From the NCBI GenBank assembly GCA_964016885.1, contig OZ024743.1, forward strand, positions 284,084,001-284,148,000: a stretch of DNA of 64,000 nt, given 5' to 3'. This DNA is from Eledone cirrhosa. Taxonomy: Eukaryota. The translations under genes and the position numbers were made by a program. Position 1 is the first letter of the stretch. Each line of letters starts with the position of its first letter. The notes under the pieces were generated by a model, which did not search any database, was not told the DNA's origin, and was given only the letters and a program-made list of their open reading frames with translations. Of this stretch, positions 27,925 through 42,804 are shown piece by piece.

Positions 27925-30539
27925 TAATTACAAAAGCGTGTTAATGTGGCATATTTTATTTTATTATTTTGTCTGATGAAGACTTATCCATTCAGCATGT
28001 TTTGTATAATTTGCCAGTGGACTTATACAGAAATGCTCATCGTGTAATTAAATTAAATCAAATATGAAAAATTAACATCCAACCTTCATAATTATTTCTG
28101 TAACAATACTCCATTGTGTACCAACCTATAAGGATTCTAATCAACTATAGAATAATATAATCAACATAGAGTGCTTAGATTTGGGTTGATTAATTATTTT
28201 AGTGCAAACACAACACTCCTAATTGAATATATATATATAATTTCTAAGATAGGCATTGGGGCACAACTTTTATGAGAGCTGTGGAGTCAATTATATTGAT
28301 CCAAATACTTGATTAGCACATTTTATTAACCTTGGTAAGATCAGAGGCAAACTTGACCTTGGTAGGATTTGAATTCAGAAAATACTGTGTTGTAGTATAA
28401 TATTGTTTGATATTTGTCAGATTCTCTACTGACTTTGCTATTGTAATACTTATAATAATAACAATTTCTTACAATAGTATAAAGTCGCAAAACTGAGGAG
28501 GTGAAGTTGATTAACTTAATCCCAGTATTTGACTGGTGCTATATTTTATTAACCTTAGAAGGATAAAGGAAAAATTGATTCTAGCAAGATTTTACCTCAG
28601 AATGTAAATATTTCAAGGCGCTTTTCTGGCATTCTACTGATTCTATCACTCCACAACACTATTGCTTTTAATAATGATTTCTAACATAGGCACAAGGCTA
28701 TAAATCTGGGGGAAGGGTTTAGTTGATTCCAGTATCCGAGCAGTGCTTTATTTTATTGACATCAGAAAAATGAAAGACAATCTGACCTTGGTAGGAATAA
28801 TAATAATAATAATAATAACACACTGCTCAAGCTAAAATTTTACACTATACACATGCATACATATCTATATGTACACACACACACACACACGCACATATAT
28901 ACATACATACATCCATATGTATATAACAGCAACCGTTGATAGAACTGAATCTACAATTTGAAGCATAGGAATTAGAAATAAAGACAGTAGTAAAAGAAAA
29001 GAAAAAGAGAGTCTGAAAGAGAAGTGAATACATTTAGATGTATTGAATTTAATGACAGCAGTGAGAAACAACATATTAATTAGAGTTAAATGGGAATATA
29101 TGGAACTCTTATATAGCAAAATAGCTTTAGAATTAAATCCCATATGTCTACAAATGAGTGTGAAGAAAAATAAGGTAAAAAGAAAAAATGGAGAAAGAGA
29201 AAAATAAGGTAAAAGGATAAAAATAAAGAAATAGATTTAGGTGTAAAAGAAATGTTAAGGGGCTAATTTAAGTTTCAACAACTAGAAAGAATTGAATGAT
29301 CAAAAACAACAACAACAGTAATGATTGAGGATCATGATGATGATAATGATGATCATTTTAATAAAGTTTGAAAGAGCTCTGAAATCTTAGGCAAGTAGTG
29401 TTAAATGGTTTTCTCAGAGATAGAATGCAATGTTCCCAACACAATGTTACTCAGCATGAGAGCTATGATTTTTTAACAATCATCTATTCAATGAGCTTCT
29501 TATTGGCTACAATGACCCATACAAACAATACACAAAGTTATACAAAGACATAAGGATGTACATGTATATAATATAGGGAGTATGTGGCAAAAACATAGTA
29601 CAATATATTAAAAAGGTTTAAGAAAAATAAGCACAAAAGCAACCCATGAAAACGTACAAATCATTGTTGTCATTGCTGTTTTGCCATCCTCATTTGGAGG
29701 TCGCATTTAGTATTAAAGTTAGCAATATTTGATAATTTTCACAGATGCACTGGACTAAATATAACACAAGTCTTAAACCAGAAAGGGAAGTCTAAATTTG
29801 TACATATGAGTATATTTACTTATTTGCTACATGTAGCAAAAAGTGACTCTAGCATTAGTTTCAGAAAGTGTGAAACAATGGTGTAAATGTAAGGTATTTA
29901 AAAAAAGAACTTGGGTTGTTTAAAAAAAAACTTGGGTCGATTATAAAAAAGAAACATTCACACACACAATTCTTCTTTTATAACTATCCAAGTAGAACAA
30001 TTGGATGCAATAATCTATGGAACATCCTGCCACATTAATAAATGAAATAGTTTCCAGTATACCTCAAGCTTATTCCTTAAAGAAAATATTATGAAGGAAA
30101 AGAAATGATTTAAATTGATCCCATTTAAGTGAAATAATTTTTAAGAACTAACAATCGTCTAAGATTACCAAGAAATGGAATTTCTTCAGAGGAATTTCCA
30201 AGCATTTAACACAGTAGTTTTATTATTTAGTTGAAAAAGTTGGATTATACATTTCAAAGAGTGTGCAGATTGGTATATTGCATATTGGCACTCTTAGTAT
30301 TTCCCCTCCTTTTTTTATTTCAACAAGTTTATGTTAAAAACCTTAGTGGGGTAATTCCAATCTTATACAAAATAAAGACTGACATATATAAAGGTATTTG
30401 AATTAATCAAAGAAATAGAACCTAATCCCAATTCTCTGACTGTTTTTTTGCAATTTTGAATAAATGGCCTTTTCTGCTCTTAGGACAATGTTTCCTCAAG
30501 TTTATATCAAGGGTTGTTATTTCCACTAGAAACAAAATA

Positions 30540-31060
30540 TACAAAACTAGCTTGTAGCATTAGGACTAGCAACTAAATCAAAATTATATTCATTCTTGCT
30601 TTTGTACTTATTGAGAGCCTCAATGAATATGTTGACTCCTTGAGTGAAATTTTATCTGAGAAATAAATGCAGATTTTGAATTGGCTTGAGGACAAATACA
30701 TAGGAAGGATCAACAGAAATTGATCCACTCACTGATCCCCACATTTTCCGTTAAATATGTGGAATTTGAATTTGAGGACCTTAGAGGGAGTAGACAAAAC
30801 CTATAACCATGTTGAGGCTGCAAACTGGTGAATAAAGGTAGAAATAAGAGTCAGCCATTCTTTGATTTGGAAATTTATTGAAGCTCTAACAAATTTTTAA
30901 AGGGAAAAGATAGCTACCATGAAAAGCTAATCAGGCTCAAACTGAGAAAATATCTGGAAGCAGATGCACAAATATTGAGTATTGTAAAGACCTTTGGCCA
31001 GCAGAGTTCACCTGTATATCTTTGAGATGCAAATAATTTGTAGAATTTATGAATGTTAAA
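30540..31060 (+). mobile_element. Mutator-like (MULE) transposase remnant
   Basis: LAF...LNWLEDKYIG...PHFPLNMWN...KTYNHVE...HSLIWKFIEAL matches MULE C-terminal motifs; contains stops. Confidence 0.7.
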
Positions 31061-31313
31061 TTATTAAACATAGTATGTAATTTAGTTGCAAGTAGATAAA
31101 ATATAAAAAAAAAATTAATCTGTAGTATACTACTGAATTCATGAAGCACAATTATAGATTTTGTTTAAAATATTAAAGTCATGTTATATATCCTTGTTAT
31201 TGTTGATTCTAAAAATGTTTACTATGGTCTTTTTAGCATTTCTATAATTTTTAAAAATTATATCAAACTTTGGATATAAACTTGTAATGGATTACTTTCA
31301 ACAAGTATACTCA

Positions 31314-32304
31314 TTTATATATATAAAACTGAGGATGTCTGTCTCTGTGTGTGTGAGTTTGAATCCCTAAAACTCGAGAACCACCCAACCGACGGTTTTC
31401 AAACTTTACACATGTAATACTTATGTTTCAGGGAGTGTTCTGAGCAAAATAAATTTCAAATTTTCAATGCCCTAGGGACTACATTAGGCGATTTAGAGAT
31501 CTCTCTATAATTCTTAGTCTTTTTCTTTTTAGATAGATAGATACATATAACGTCGCGCCTTATAATATCTGTCTGTATGTCTGGCTGTCTGCATTACGTC
31601 ACTTCCCTGAGGATGTCTGTCTCTGTGTGTGTGTCTGAGTTTGAATCCCTAAAACTCGAGAAGTACCCAACCGATTTTTTTCAAACTTTACATGTGTATT
31701 ACTTATGTTTCAGGGAGTGTTATTTTCTTTAGATATTGTCCAGGCATGCAGTTTTCTCATGATTAGGTCTGTTGGCGGCCCGCGTTATGTTTCAGGGAGT
31801 GTTATGCACATAAAAAATTCAACTTTTTGATCTCCTAGGTGAAAAACTGCATTTTTAAAGCTTTTTAGGGGTTTTTTGAGGCGTTGCGTCAGACAGATTT
31901 CTTTGAAATTGTAACTATGTATTAGTCAGTCTCTTCTTCATACCGTGAGCAAAGAAAATCCAACTTTTTTATAGCCTAGGGCCCTCATTAGGTGAAAAAC
32001 TTCATTTTTTCAGCTTTTTAGGGCTCTTTGGAGGCGTTACGTCTAACCGATTTTCCCGAAATTTCAAGGCATATTATGCACATAAAAAAAATTCATTTTC
32101 TTGATCCCCTAGGGCCCGCATTAGGTGAAAACCTGCATTTTTCCTGCTTCATCGAGGAAAATCTTAAAGATTATCCAGCCATCAGAGTATTTGGTTTATT
32201 TTCTTTACAAATTGTCCAGGCATGCAGTTTTTCCACGATTAGGTCTGTTGGTGGCCCGCCTTCCAAAATACCTTATCCCGTGCAACGCCGGGTACTACTG
32301 CTAG
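31314..32304 (+). mobile_element. Non-autonomous Helitron with internal duplications
   Basis: 3' CCCGTGCAACGCCGGG hairpin followed by CTAG|T; 5' TTTATATATATAAAACTGAGG; internal direct repeats (about 31328-31440 and 31607-31720). Confidence 0.82.
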
Positions 32305-35029
32305 TATAAAATATATTTTGTATTTTTCTAAGGATTAAAATCCTTTATATGTTGCAACTTATGTAAATATCCTATTTTGCTCATTTCATTATCACTTCTG
32401 AGCAATGGCAATATGGTGACAGTGAATTGTACTCAAACTGGTAATCTAAACATACAAGGGTGAGAAACTAACACCTAAATAGGATCAGAGAACGCAATAA
32501 CTATAACCACCATCTGTAATTTGGGTCTTCTGAAATTGCCCCTAAGCGTTTTCAGCCTTAGCTGAGCTGTGAAAGGTCCTTCATTCTCTGGACAGTGGCC
32601 CTTTAGCTGTTGATATACTGATGATGTTGTCTTCAATCTATCCTCAATCAGTGCAGATGTGGTTTGTCTTCTTTAGCTTCGTCACCAAATCAAGTAGTCT
32701 ATGGTCATCTCTAATTTATTTTGATGTAAGCAAGGACATTTTTATGTATTTCTCAAATCATGAATGATAATGATAATGATTTCAAATATAGGTAAAAAGC
32801 CACAAATTTTATCAGAAGGTATGGTTGATTATATTAACCACAGTAATTCATGGGCATTTATTTTATCTATTTTACTTCATTGGTATTTATTTTATTGATC
32901 ACATAAAAATGTAAGTCTTGGTGGGATTTAAACTCAAAATCATGTAATCAAATATCATAAGACAATTTGTTTGGTAGTCAATAATAATGAAAATCATAAT
33001 AACATTGACACACAATCACAAATTTAATTTTCAGGACAGGAATATATTTAATTGAATCAAATCTAGTTTATTACTGAAACTTATTGTTTTCCCAGTGGGA
33101 TCAAAACCAAAGGCAGTCTTGCTGAGGTTTGAACTACAAACCATTAAAATTTTATTCTGGAATTTAATTGTTTGTACTATATCAGGAAACAACAGATTGA
33201 ATACCTTACACCACTTGAAAATATCCAAGGAAACAAAACTGATGATGTAGAATAACACATGATAAGTCTCTATATTCACAGGAGTTTTAGGAGCAGAGAA
33301 GAGTGATGGAAACTATGTATATTATTTTCTTAAAAGTATGGTATTAGAAACCCCCTTCCTAGGTATCATGCCAGAAGTTATAAGCTGTTATTATACCCTT
33401 TTAGAGACATTAACAATCTACCTGAAATGATTGAAGCTCATAATTGCCCCTGTCTCATAGATTACATCATTTTTACTCCATATTAATAAAATAATTATGA
33501 TTATTTTAGACTAAACAAAAGGTCAGTGAACAGAATTAATCAAGAAATGTGGCACATGGAGCATTGCATTTTCTATCAGTTTAGCTACCAGTTACTAGTA
33601 TATAAACTATATATTTCAAGGGAGGAATTGGGACTATTTGTCTCTTCATACAAAATGCTTGTAAAATACACCTTTTGCCTCTACATCATTATTTAACATT
33701 ATATTTGGATTTATATATCATTTGTTAATTTCTATATATAAATATGTGTACACAAATATTCCAGAAAGGAGATCAATATAAACAAGCTACAGTGATGTCA
33801 AATACCTACACATGCAAAACTCCTATGAGAATATTTTGTAATCATGCTCTGTAGAACTGACATGATTCCCAAAACCATCACCAGTTCAAAATACCTTTTA
33901 ACTATTCTCAGCATGTGCTCTTTACAATATTTTCTAAACACCAACTCAATAGTTCAGAGAAGATTATCAAAGATAATAAAATAAAATAAAAAATAGGTGA
34001 GCTACTATGGAAGTTAGTCATCAGATAGAAATATCACTTCCAAAATATATGGGGAATAACTAAGGGACTTACAAATAATATATCCAGTTTATGGCTTCAT
34101 ATTTGTATTAATGGCCATTAGTGCATTTTGGTTATGTGAAGAAATCCTTTAGAAAGTTGCACGTTGGAAAGAATGGAATGAACACAATTGTGTCATAAGC
34201 CAGATCGTATTGTATTTTGCACATGATCAAAAACATTCTAGTTGTGATTATGCCTCTTTTTAGAAGTATATAAAACTAAATTATGAAATCTGTCTTTTTC
34301 TTATTTAAAATAGTAGGGTATTATTTCAGAGGGATTTTACTGCTATTTTAGCAAGTCAAGCAACCATATACAGGCGTTCTTGTTGGCTTGAACAGTCAGA
34401 TAATGTATCCATCAATGGTGATCTCAAAATTGGCAAAACAGCTGAAAATTTACACAAAACTATCTCAAAATCAAATAAGAAAATATTGACATTTTGATGA
34501 ATGATTAATCCTTATACTGATAAAATAATTAAAATAAAGATTTAAGAATGCATACATATATATAAATATTGTATATGTATATTAGTAATTATACTAATAT
34601 TTAATGTTCTTGAAAAACTGATATAAAAATGATATTTTTCAGGAAACAAAACATTGGTTTTTACTGCTTCACTATTTACCATCATAGTTGTCATTATTGA
34701 AAGGAATCAATGATGAGGAATTTCAAAAGGAAATTTAAGAAGAAAAAGATTTTTAAAAATAAAACCTGCAATTTTCAAAGAATCAGTGAAGTTTGTTAGC
34801 TTTTTCATGATCACCATCATAATAAACATAAAAATATAAACTATATATATATATATATTCCTGCATATACACATTCACACACACATATGTAGATATATTG
34901 AATCACACAGCAATCTTCATATGTACACAAATAAACATACTTGAGTATATAAAAATGTACAGTTATGCATATGTGCATATATAAATAATTATGTATGCAT
35001 GTGTATAAATATAGAACCACACACACACA

Positions 35030-35071
<42 letters not shown>

Positions 35072-35076
<5 letters not shown>

Positions 35077-35730
35077 GAACTAAGGAAAAAATTAGAAATA
35101 AGAGGGATCAGATGTTGTTTACTCGAGAGAAGGCTACGTTGGTATGGTCACGTGATGTGCATGAAAGACGACAGCTGTATAACAAAGTGCAGGGCAATAA
35201 AGATAGATGGTAGCCACGGAGTAGGCAGACCCAGAAAAACCTGGGACGAGCTGATAAATTCCGACCTCACACACTTACACCTCTCCAAGACAATATCACT
35301 GGACCGAGACCTTTGGCGGTACTCAGTAATAGAGAAGACCCGCCTTACCTAAATACAAAGTAAAACCTACTACAGTCAGTAGGCATCTCTAACAAAATAC
35401 ACCCCCGTCCCACCACCTCCACACCGACCCTTTCAATGTAAAGTTATGTTGGTGTCACAACATCCAGGCCGAAACAAATGAGATCGTATAGGTGTCACGA
35501 CAAAAAACACACAGTCCACGCTGTAATGTGGCCATGTAGGCAACACGGTAAAAACCTCCCAGTCCCACACTGTAAATGTGGTTGGTGTTAGGAAGGGCAT
35601 CCAGCTGTAGAAAACCCGCCAGACAGTCCTATGCGAGCAAGACAACCACTCTTGCCTCAAGTGGGAAAACTCCCGTCCAAACAAATGCAAGCGTGGAACA
35701 TGGACGTTAAACGATGTTGATGATGATGAT
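35072..35730 (+). mobile_element. RTE LINE 3' end (family A)
   Basis: RRLRWYGHV...GRPRKTW ORF end, 3' UTR and (GAT)n tail; near-identical to 44907-45763 and 60258-61567. Confidence 0.93.
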
Positions 35731-36257
35731 ATATGTACATAACTTCTGTTAGCCAACTAACAGAGAAAGAAGGACAAACATGGACAGAGATATGAACTCT
35801 CCTTTCAAAATATTTATTATTATTATTATTATTATTATTTATATAAATATGGAACTTAACCATATTATGCATATCCGCAGTTGACAATGCATATAATGCT
35901 GAAACCGGTACCATTATTAAATACGGAAATATCCTCTTTATAAATAAATAAATATCTTGATATTAAACTGTAAGAATCTCTTCAGCATTTTCTACTGAAA
36001 AAATCTTTTTCCTTTCTACCATTTGTTTTTATATATATCAACTCATGTGTTACTTTTCTACATTCGATATACATATATATATATATACACATATATATAT
36101 ATACATATAATTATACATATTTAGGTTTGTTGGTTCACCACCGGATAGAATTGATCATTCCGTATGGTCAATCTTGATGCAATATTATGGAAAGTACTCA
36201 ACGTAGTGCAGTTCACTCGTCTTCGTTTGTGTAGTTGGTGGTGCGAATATGGAGTTA

Positions 36258-37145
36258 ATTATTATGAATTAAATAACAGGAGGCTGGACTGGTGTAAATC
36301 CTTGAAAAGGATCATTTCAATGACCGGGTTCCGTATGAATCCGATGATATCATCAGGTATTCGAAATATAACAAAGGAATATATAAAAATCCATGGGTCC
36401 CAAAATCAGAGACAGAGAGGACAACTGACCAACTAGCTGTTTTCACCTTGGTCAGTCGCCCTCAAGTGATGGCTATTCGGTCTACTAATGACCATCTGGT
36501 GAAGGGGCAAAGGCTTATAGTGTACTACCACCTCTCCGTCAAAGAATAAAAAAAGAGAAGAAAGAAGAAAGTCAGCGTAAGGGTCACACTAGTCAGACAA
36601 GAACATTTCTTTTAACTCTTAATTTTTTTAACTTTTAATTTAATTTCATCCTTTAACTCTTAACATAAGTTAACGCTCCAATTTTCTGTTCACACATTTG
36701 ACCATACAGACACCCATTATATATGCCTTTGTTAAAATATAGGTTCTTTGGAATAACATTTTTCGCGGCGTTTTCTTGCCTGACTGTAGTGTGACCCTTA
36801 CGCTAACTTTTCTTCTTTCTTTCTTTCTTCTCTTTTTTTTTATTCTTTGACGGAGAGGTGGTAGTACACTATAAGCCTTCGGCCCTTCACCAGATGGTCA
36901 TTAGTAGACCGAATAGCCATCACTTGAGGGAAACTGACCGAGGTGAAAACAGCTTGTTGGTCAGTCGTCCGCTCTGTCTCTGATTTTCAGACCCATGGAT
37001 TTTTATATGTTCCTTTGTTATATTTCGAATACCTGATGATATCACCGGATTCATACGGAACCCGGTCATTGAAATGATCATAGTATAATAAACTTTTCAA
37101 GGATTTACACCAGTCCAACCTCCTGTTATTTTATTCATTATAATT
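36258..37145. repeat. Inverted repeat (about 345-370-bp arms, about 170-bp spacer) carrying an HHR; Penelope-like cassette
   Basis: 36258-36603 is the reverse complement of about 36773-37145. Confidence 0.9.
37029..37086 (+). ncRNA. Minimal type I hammerhead ribozyme
   Basis: ATAC-CTGATGA-[TATCACCGGATTC ATACG GAACCCGGTCATT]-GAAA-TGATCA-TA|GTAT: intact core, 4-bp stem I, palindromic hexamer at stem III, AUA site. Confidence 0.85.
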
Positions 37146-37175
37146 ATACATATATATACATATACATATATATAC

Positions 37176-37214
<39 letters not shown>

Positions 37215-37452
37215 TATACATACATATATATACAGACATATATACATACACATATATATACATACACATATATATACATACATATATATATACATACATA
37301 CATATATACATACATACATACATACATATATACATACATACATACATACATATATACACATACATATATACACATACATATACATACATATATATATGCA
37401 TATATATATATACATACATACACATATATATATACATACATATATATATACA

Positions 37453-38088
37453 TGGTGGCTGCCAACTCGTTTTCGAGTACGGCCACTACTTTACATCCAT
37501 GTAGGATAACCCCTACCGAAGCGCTGAACGAGTGTGACTTTTTAGTCCAGCCAGCGACTTGAAACCTCTGGTACAAACACTACACCTGTGACAATTATTG
37601 ACACATAGTGCTAGGCCCATGGTAGGACAATTATTGACACATAGTGCTGGGCCCATGTGAGGACAAGTGCAGAGAGATCTCCAGATATAAAGCAATGCCT
37701 GTGCCGTGAAGCTTTTATAGTGAGCAAAGGCACTGCACAAAGCCAGTCCCACTCTCTTAACCAAGATGATATTTACCAAAAAGAAGAACAAGTCAACATC
37801 ATTGGAAACCATCAGGGTTGCAGGTGTTATATCAGAGTTTTCCTTCTCCTAGAATTCTGCCTTGACAAAGGCTAAGGGGTCATCTCTCCTGGTGATTTTG
37901 GATGGCCATTGACTCTTAAGAGCTCCTTTGCCCTTTGACAGGTTTTGTTTTTAGTCCTGCAGGATGTCCAAAGTCACCCTCCTCACCGAGAAACCTTGGT
38001 GGGGTTGCCAGTTTAGTCGCCAACGACCCGACCATGGGACAGGTTGTACTGGGATACATGTTACCAGTAGCACCAACTGGTGACCTGA
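37453..38088 (-). mobile_element. Internally deleted RTE-like LINE (5' UTR plus terminal C2H2 finger and 3' tail)
   Basis: [19 protein letters not shown] zinc finger; LINE-type leader; bounded by (TA/CA)n. Confidence 0.55.
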
Positions 38089-38214
38089 CATACATACATA
38101 TATACACACATACATATATACACACATACATATACATACATATATATATATATACATACATATATACATACATACATATACATATATATATATACACACA
38201 TATATATACACATA

Positions 38215-38255
<41 letters not shown>

Positions 38256-38271
38256 ACATATATATACATAC

Positions 38272-38302
<31 letters not shown>

Positions 38303-38496
38303 CACATATATATATATACATACATATACATTATATATACACATATATATACATACATATACATTATATATACACATATATATACATACATGTACATTAT
38401 ATATATATATACATATATACATATACATATACACATATATATATATATACATATACACATATATATATATAAATATATACACATATATATATATAA

Positions 38497-41400
38497 CTTT
38501 GAAATGTTTTGGCCTGTATTGGCCCAGGCCATGTCTAACTTAATAGCACCACCTGGCGAAGTCTTTCAATTCAGGATTTGGGCACCATGGCCCATTCGAG
38601 AAGGGAATTACTGTTTGCGGAGACATATCCGGGTGTGGGTGGTTTGTCCTGGATTACTTGGAGGAATTTGTCCAAAGACTTCTTGAATTTTGTGTGGTCA
38701 GTTTCTGTTTTGACGTGTCCTGGTGTGATGTTGAAGAGAGCAGGGCCAATTGAGGTGAAATAATTGTGCCGTATTGTTGTTATGAGTTACGATTTAGATT
38801 TTTGTTTGGGATGGATAGCACGGGGCCCAAGCCTTGGGTGTATTTTGAAGGTGATGCCATCATCATTTGGGCAGTGCTGATGAAACATTTTCCACATCAT
38901 GCAGATAATATAACGCTCACGGCGACGTTGGAGTGAGTAAAGTTTCAGCTTTTCTAGTCGACCCCAGTAGTCAAGGTCTGACATGCCATCTATCTTTTTC
39001 GTGATTGCCCTTTGGGGAGCTTCAAGTTTCATGATACTTTGTTTCGTGTGGGGAGACCACAGTGGACAACAGCATTCATGGTGTGGTCGGGCAAAAGTGG
39101 AGAAGAGAAGGATAATGGTGTGGGAATCTCTCAACTGGAAGGTTCTGAGGATCCAGGAACACATTCTGCGGGCCAAGTCAACTTTGCTGCTTATATGCGT
39201 GGCCCAGCTTATGTTGCTGTCCACAGTTACTCCCAAGTCTCTGATGTTGTTAGATGCCGCGAGAGTTTCACCGGAGGGAAGGGAGTACAGGAGTTTCAGA
39301 GCATCCTCTTTTCCAAAGTGGATCAGTTCGAATTTGTCTTCGTTCAGTAACAAGTTGTTCTTTTCCGCCCATTGGGTAACAGCCAGTAGGTCTGACTGAA
39401 GGCTTATCCGGTCATCCACGCCATTGATGACCTTCTGGAGCTTGGAATCATCAGCAAAAATTCTAATGTTGCTGTGTTTGATGATGTCAGTGATGTCATT
39501 AATATAGGTCCACTACTGACTTTGGCTGGGCTGGATTTGACTCCTTCGACTACAACATGTTGGGTTCTGTTTGACAGGAAGCACTTGATCCACTGCAGCA
39601 GCTTTCCAGTGACACCAATATTGGACAGCTTTCTCAGTAGAATGTTGTGATCAACCCTGTCAAAGGCCTTGCTGAAATCAAGGTAGATAACATCAGTGTT
39701 GGAACCCTCTCCCAAAGCTCTCAAAATGTCATCAAAGTGATGCAGTAGCTGCGTCAGGCAATCTCTTCCGTTACGGAATCCATGCTGGTTGGAGTTCAGC
39801 ATATTGTTACTCTCAAGGAAGTGAGTCATTCGCGATCTCACCACTCTCTCAAATACCTTAATGATATGAGAGGTGAGTGAGATTGGACGGTAATTCCCGG
39901 CGAGGGATTTGTTTCTTTTTTTGAAAACTGGGACAACAGACTGGGATAGGTTTTCTGGCACATATCCAGCATCCAGTGAGTTCCGCCACAGATTGGCAAG
40001 AGGAGATGCAAGTTGGTGTTGACACGCCTTCAAGACACAAGCAGGGAACCTATCGGGACCTACTGCTGAATTATGCTTGATTTCCTTTATTGCCACTAAG
40101 ACATCAGGGGCGCCAAACGTTATGTCCGATAAGGTGTAATGGGGAGTAACATCGCCGATACAGCCCAGATCGGCCATATCAGGATTGCTGAAAACAGAGC
40201 AGTATTGTTTCTGCAGTATCTCACCCATGGTTTTAGCATTGTCTTGAAGAGTGCCATTTTCATCAATTAGAGGGCCAACAGTAGAGCCAGTGATTTTGTG
40301 TTATTTTGCAAATGAAAAGAACACTTTGGGATTGAGTTTGATCTTCTTAATGGCCCAGGCCTCTTCAGCTCTTCTCTGATTGTTGATGATAGACATCATA
40401 TTGTTTTAGAGGTTATGTTTTTTAATCTCTAGTGATGAAATGGCAGTCAAGTTGGTGTGTTGCTGCTGACAGTATTTCAGCTTGTTGATTTTTTTGTTAG
40501 TTCTCTTAATTTTCCAGATGAGTGTTTTTCTATTTCTAGGGATTCTGCTCTTAGATTTGTTTATAGTTCTTAATGGGGTGTGTTTTGTACATATGTTTGT
40601 AACAGTGTCCACAAATGTCTGCCAGGACTTTTTGATGTTAGTGGGTGTGTGAGTGTGCGTGAAGGACCAGTCGACATGTGCAAGATCATGACTGATCGCT
40701 TCCCAGTTTGCATTGTGGAAATCCATAGCGTCGGACGGATGGACAGGAGAGATGACATTGGGTTTGTATATTGGACGGTGGAATCTCAGATCACAGAGGA
40801 CCATGTCATGATCAGAGAGTAGAGTTTTCTCCACTGCAATATTGTTGCAAGCAGGGAAAAAGCGGACGTAAAATGTAATGATGAGTGTCAGTGTGATTGC
40901 TGAAAATTAAGTCTAGGACGTTTTTGTGGCACCTCGTTGGTTCAAGCACCAGTTGGGACAGGAAGAAATCATCCATGAAGTCAAGAAGCGATTCCACTGC
41001 TTCCCTGTCAGAGGTTGAGGCAGAAGAACCTGGTGGCAGGCTGTTTGTGGACCAGTCAACTCCGGGGAGGTTGAAGTCCCCCATCATTAAGATGTTGTCA
41101 GGATGACACTCTTGGATGAAACACTTTATGCTGTTGAGGCATTCCTTGAAGCATGGTAGAGGCGTTTGGGGTGGCCTATAGAGCCCAACTACAATTAGGT
41201 TGTTGGTTTGACTGAATACAGTGACTGCTTCGCAGTATCCATTAGAAAATATGTTCATAGCCTCTGTTGAGAAAGAATTATGGACATAAATGGCAGTCCC
41301 ACCCTTTCTTCTGCCAGCGCGATCAGCACGGATGGCTTTGAAATTTTTCACTTTCACCTCGGCTTCCAAGTGGAGGTTACTGAGATGGGTTTCAGTGAGG

Positions 41401-41660
41401 ACGAAGAAAGGGATGTGGTTTGGATGGACATCAACCCAGACCTCCAGGAATTTGATCTTCCATTTTTGAGTATTGGTGGAAGGGCTGATGCCTTGGGCGT
41501 TAAGCAAAAATGTTTTAATTGTTTTGGTGTGTTGTTAATTTGTTTGTTTGTTAATGGCAACAATGGGAGTTTGTGCAGTGGGGTGATAGTGGAGGGTGGT
41601 GCTGGGTGATAGCTCGAATGTGTTTTTCCAGTTCTTTTGCCAGATTCATTATGGCTAAAA
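38497..41660 (-). mobile_element. CR1-group LINE, near-complete APE-RT ORF, inactivated
   Basis: APE (LTETHL, GGTAIYV, MGDFN, VLDLIFSN) at 40812-41507; RT (NYRPISLTS, YLDFSKAFD, FADDSK) at 38787-40228. Frameshifts present and the VPQG motif is deleted. Confidence 0.93.
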
Positions 41661-41772
41661 ATATATATATTCACATACATATATATACCTACATATATAT
41701 ATATATACATATATATACATACATATATATATATATATACATATATATACATACATATATATACATATATAC

Positions 41773-41812
<40 letters not shown>

Positions 41813-41817
41813 ATACA

Positions 41818-41869
<52 letters not shown>

Positions 41870-42016
41870 CATATATATATACATACATATATATACATAT
41901 ATATATACATACATATACATATATATACATATATATACATACATATAAATATATACATATACATACATACATATATACATACATATATACACATACATAT
42001 ACATACATATATATAC

Positions 42017-42058
<42 letters not shown>

Positions 42059-42059
42059 C

Positions 42060-42097
<38 letters not shown>

Positions 42098-42351
42098 CAT
42101 ATCTATATATATACATACATATATATATACATACATATATATATACATACATATATATATATACATCATATATATATACATACATATATATATACATACA
42201 TATATACATATATATATACATATATACATATATATATACATATACATATATACATATATATATACATATATACACATACATACATATACATATAATATAT
42301 ATATATATATAATATATATCACATATATGTAATATATATTATATATATATA

Positions 42352-42489
42352 AGATAGAAGTGGTAACAACAGTTAGTTCACCATACTGAGAACAATTGTT
42401 TCAGCTTAGCGGGTCCTCAGCTAGGACTACGCTAAAGTGAAACAATTGTTCTCGGTATGGTGAACTAACTGTTGCTACCACTTCTACCT
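42352..42489. repeat. Short inverted repeat with two back-to-back partial HHR motifs
   Basis: About 50-bp arms. Minus strand AG-CTGAGGA-CCCGCTAAGCT-GAAA-CAATTG-TT-CT; the plus copy lacks one core G. Confidence 0.7.
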
Positions 42490-42549
42490 AACTCGTCCCA
42501 TGGACTGAGTGCTCCACCACTACGGATATTACCTTCCAGTGTTCTAATT

Positions 42550-42772
42550 CTCAAGACACTTTATTTCACATTGCTCCAGTTTACTCAGCTGTAGAAATGA
42601 GATGATAGGGACTGGGGTCCATATCATTCCACTGCAAAGTGGTCGTGTAGGTGCCACGGCAAAGAAACACCCAGCACTCACTATAAATGAGGTTGGTGTT
42701 AGGAAGGGCATCAAGCCAGAATCAGTTCCCATCCCACCCTTGTAAGTAGGGAAAAGCGGACGTAAAACGATG

Positions 42773-42773
<1 letters not shown>
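42550..42773 (+). mobile_element. 5'-truncated CORE-like SINE with RTE tail
   Basis: Same family as 44451-44789. Confidence 0.85.

Positions 42774-42797
<24 letters not shown>

Positions 42798-42804
<7 letters not shown>

Noticed and set aside
25500-28970. Strong minus-strand acceptors near 25608, 26263 and 28951
   Set aside because: No convincing donor or frame-compatible channel-like peptide follows.
35845-36185. GAAA-CCGG-TA hairpin near 35890 and a degenerate motif near 36110-36180
   Set aside because: The CUGANGA half of the core is missing; not callable.
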